This document shows positions 62,116 to 64,000 of a stretch of 64,000 nucleotides of DNA, piece after piece (position 1 is the stretch's first letter; each line of letters opens with the position of its first letter). Made by a program: the position numbers and the translations under genes. Below the pieces are notes generated by a model. That model saw nothing but the letters and a program-made list of their open reading frames with translations. It was not told where the DNA came from and did no database searches. This DNA comes from an uncultured Opitutia bacterium. GTDB taxonomy: Bacteria; Verrucomicrobiota; Verrucomicrobiia; Opitutales; Opitutaceae. The stretch is taken from the NCBI GenBank assembly GCA_903869665.1, contig CAIPZZ010000030.1:12857-76856 (forward strand), given 5' to 3'.

Positions 62116-62355
62116 TCACCCCGCGCAGCATCCGCAGCCCGCGCCGCAGCAATGCCCGCCGGTCGCCGCCGGTGGCGGCGCTTTTCGGTCGCCCACCCCC
62201 AGCAGCCCGTAGCCGCCCGTGATCACCCGCCGGATGCGCTCGCCCGTCTCCGGATGGCGCGTCAGCGGCGCGTCCGTCATCGCCTGCCGCACCTCCAGCC
62301 GCACGGGCTCGACGCCGGGGATCAGCGGGACGGTCTCATAGGTGTAGGTGGTCAT
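62116..62355 (-). CDS. FmdB-like protein lacking the zinc-ribbon cysteines, with Cys-rich tail
   Basis: ATG 62355; MTTYTYE...LEVRQAMTDAPLTRHPETGERIRRVITGG aligns to the FmdB/CxxC_CxxC_SSSS pattern but with both CxxC pairs replaced; tail GGHCCGAGCGCCAG. Confidence 0.58.
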   Translation of the reverse strand: MTTYTYETVPLIPGVEPVRLEVRQAMTDAPLTRHPETGERIRRVITGGYGLLGVGDRKAPPPAATGGHCCGAGCGCCAG

Positions 62356-62435
62356 CGCGGGAAAGGTCGCCCGTGAGCAAAGCCCTCGGCGCAAATTTTT
62401 CAAGCCTGCCCTCCGGCGGGTGGTGGCATAGTTTG

Positions 62436-62564
62436 CCTTGTCATCGCGAGACCGGCGCAGCCCGTTCGACCAGCTCAGGGCCTTGAGCCTGTCGAGAGGC
62501 CGGGCGTGGCGATCCAGCTTGATGTCCGATGGATTGCTTCGTCGCGACTGCTCCTCGCAATGTC
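62436..62564 (+). repeat. MITE-like palindromic element, copy B (with nested insert)
   Basis: CCTTGTCATCGCGAGACCGGCGCAGCC ... GGGCGTGGCGATCCAGCT ... GATGGATTGCTTCGTCGCGACTGCTCCTCGCAATGTC; shares termini and core with copy A and carries about 37 extra nt (62462-62499). Confidence 0.7.
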
Positions 62565-62753
62565 AAACTGGGTCATTATCCCCCATCGTTCTCCGTGTCC
62601 TCCCGGGTTGCCTCCGTGCTCTCTGTGTCCAGCGGCTTTTCAGGTTCAATCCGCGCGTATTCGCGCTATCTGCGGGAAAAACCCTAATTTGTTTCCCCGT
62701 TGTTACCCGCCCGCCACCGCCCTGGCACGCGCCGCTGGTTAAATGATCCTCCC

Positions 62754-63140
62754 ATGGCCCGGCCCTACATCCTTTGCGTGGACGACGAGCGCGACGTGAC
62801 CGACCTGCTGCGGTTTCTCCTCGCGCGCGCCGGCTGCGACACCGCTGCCGCCGCCACCGGCCGTGCCGCGCTCGACGCCCTCCGCGCCCGCCGGCCCGAC
62901 CTCGTGCTGCTCGACCTCATGCTGCCCGATCTCGACGGTCTCGGGGTCTGCGAAATCCTGCGCCGCACACCCTCCACGGCGGATATCCCGGTGGTCATGC
63001 TTACCGCCTGGACGAGCGACGAAGCGCGCGCCCACGGCCGCGTGCTCGGAGCGCTCGACCATCTGGCCAAGCCCTTCAGCCCCCGTGAGCTCGTCAACCG
63101 CCTGCCCCGCTGGCTGGGAAAAACCGCCGCTCCCGCCTAA
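62754..63140 (+). CDS. single-domain response regulator (CheY-like receiver)
   Basis: ATG 62754; ILCVDDE, phospho-acceptor context DLVLLDLMLPDLDG, LTAW and AKPF motifs; no output domain. Confidence 0.87.
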   Translation: MARPYILCVDDERDVTDLLRFLLARAGCDTAAAATGRAALDALRARRPDLVLLDLMLPDLDGLGVCEILRRTPSTADIPVVMLTAWTSDEARAHGRVLGALDHLAKPFSPRELVNRLPRWLGKTAAPA

Positions 63141-63327
63141 AGGTGGAGCGCGGCGTCCCCGGCGCGCTGGTTTCCTGTGCGACAAGGCCTCTCCGGGTGA
63201 TCGCCCCGCCGCCGGACTCAAGTGAGTCAGTTTGATGTATCAACGTAGGGCCGGTGTCTTGCACCGGCCGGTCTGGAACGGCGTTCATGAACGGCGTCTG
63301 CGGCCACCGCCAACCGTCACACCGGGC

Positions 63328-63366
63328 AAAAAAACAGCCCGCCCAAATGGGCCGGCCTTGTTTTCT
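63328..63366. terminator. bidirectional rho-independent terminator between convergent genes
   Basis: A7 (63328-63334), stem CAGCCCGCCC / GGGCCGGCC around loop AAAT, then TTGTTTTCTC; gives a U tract on both strands. Confidence 0.55.
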
Positions 63367-63401
63367 CTACTCAGTGGCTGCTTGCCAGATGTTCGCGTTA
63401 T

Positions 63402-64000
63402 TCAGCTCCCGTTCCGGGGCGCGGCGGCGGCCGTTGCACCCGCCTTCACGATCACAAGCTCCACCCGGCGGTCGTTGGCCATCTCGGCCTCGGTCGCGCC
63501 TTTCTCCTTCGCGCCCACGCTGCCCTTCGAGACGGTTTCGAGCCGGTCGGCGGAGACGTTGAGCGAAGCGAGGATTTTTTTTGTGGCAAGCGCGCGGCGG
63601 TCGCCGAGCGCAAGGTTGTATTCCGCCGTGCCGCGCCAGTCGCAATGTCCCTCCAGCACCAGCCGGTCGCCAGCATGGTCAGCGAGATATTTTGCCGCCG
63701 CCTGCAGCTTCGCCTTTTCGGCGGCGGAGGTGATCGCGGAGCTGTCGAACGCGAAAAGCACCGAGACCAGCACGCCACGCCCGTCGGCCGTCGTGCCGAG
63801 ATCGGTCGGACGATCGCCAATCACACCGCCGAGAGGCGGACGCTGGGTCACGTCCGTCGGACGGAAAATTTCAGGGCCGCTACCGCCGCGGGTGCCGCCG
63901 CCTGGGTTATTGCCACCCGGGTTGCCGGTGCGGAAATCCGTCAGGTCTGCCGTCGGGCGGTCGGGTTTTTTCGGGCAGCCGGCGAGCAGCACAACGGACG
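63402..64000 (-). CDS. pal: OmpA-family peptidoglycan-associated lipoprotein (Pal-like), 5-prime end outside window
   Basis: Lipobox LLAGC near the window edge; OmpA_C domain (VLFAFDSSAITSAAEKAKL, LVLEGHCDWRGTAEYNLALGDRRA, NDRRVELVI). Confidence 0.86.
   Translation of the reverse strand, partial: SVVLLAGCPKKPDRPTADLTDFRTGNPGGNNPGGGTRGGSGPEIFRPTDVTQRPPLGGVIGDRPTDLGTTADGRGVLVSVLFAFDSSAITSAAEKAKLQAAAKYLADHAGDRLVLEGHCDWRGTAEYNLALGDRRALATKKILASLNVSADRLETVSKGSVGAKEKGATEAEMANDRRVELVIVKAGATAAAAPRNGS

Overview
High-GC (roughly 65%) chromosomal segment with about 58 protein-coding genes on both strands. I recognise no rRNA, tRNA, CRISPR array, transposase or integrase. All homology calls come from motif recognition by eye, with no searches run. 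Internal start codons were placed by arithmetic on the supplied ORF track. Gene content (RNase HII plus RNase HIII, a fused MFS/spermidine synthase, SHD1-type modules, a bS22-like micro-ORF, a CARDB-rich giant protein) suggests a Verrucomicrobiota/Opitutales-like genome, which is inference only.

Gene blocks:
- serA-plsY-hom-lysC operon.
- Replication and repair genes: rnhB, rnhC, mutY, dnaE, rarA.
- Translation-related genes: rpsU, an RsmB-like methyltransferase, gluQ, bS22-like.
- YceI, rpiB, gluconokinase, an orphan PilT, an orphan ABC ATPase and a toxin-antitoxin locus.
- cysI.
- A C-terminally truncated MoxR ATPase.
- A heme A/copper-delivery cluster: DUF420, ctaB, ctaA, a CusF-SCO fusion and an HxHP protein.
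- Three SHD1-type modules in tandem.
- An enlarged tatC.
- A GHMP sugar kinase plus nucleotidyltransferase pair.
- A pilMNOPQ-like secretin operon directly followed by a 2170-aa RCC1/CARDB/FN3 protein.
- An FmdB-like protein, a CheY-like regulator and Pal/OmpA.

Most notable observations:
1. The secretin operon has no pilin or assembly-ATPase genes beside it and is coupled to the giant protein, making a candidate dedicated secretin-cargo module.
2. A family of intergenic 'stuttered hairpins' is built from phased 7-10 nt units.
3. A deletion scar fuses a truncated moxR to the 3-prime end of a Bat-like gene.
4. hsdS and EEP gene remnants lie back to back, both truncated at the 5-prime end.
5. 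Three apparent homopolymer frameshifts occur (YceI, an SHD1 protein, a low-GC hypothetical). Together they may indicate indel errors in the assembly.
6. There are several small AT-rich islets, including a ~200-nt AT-rich patch inside the giant gene.
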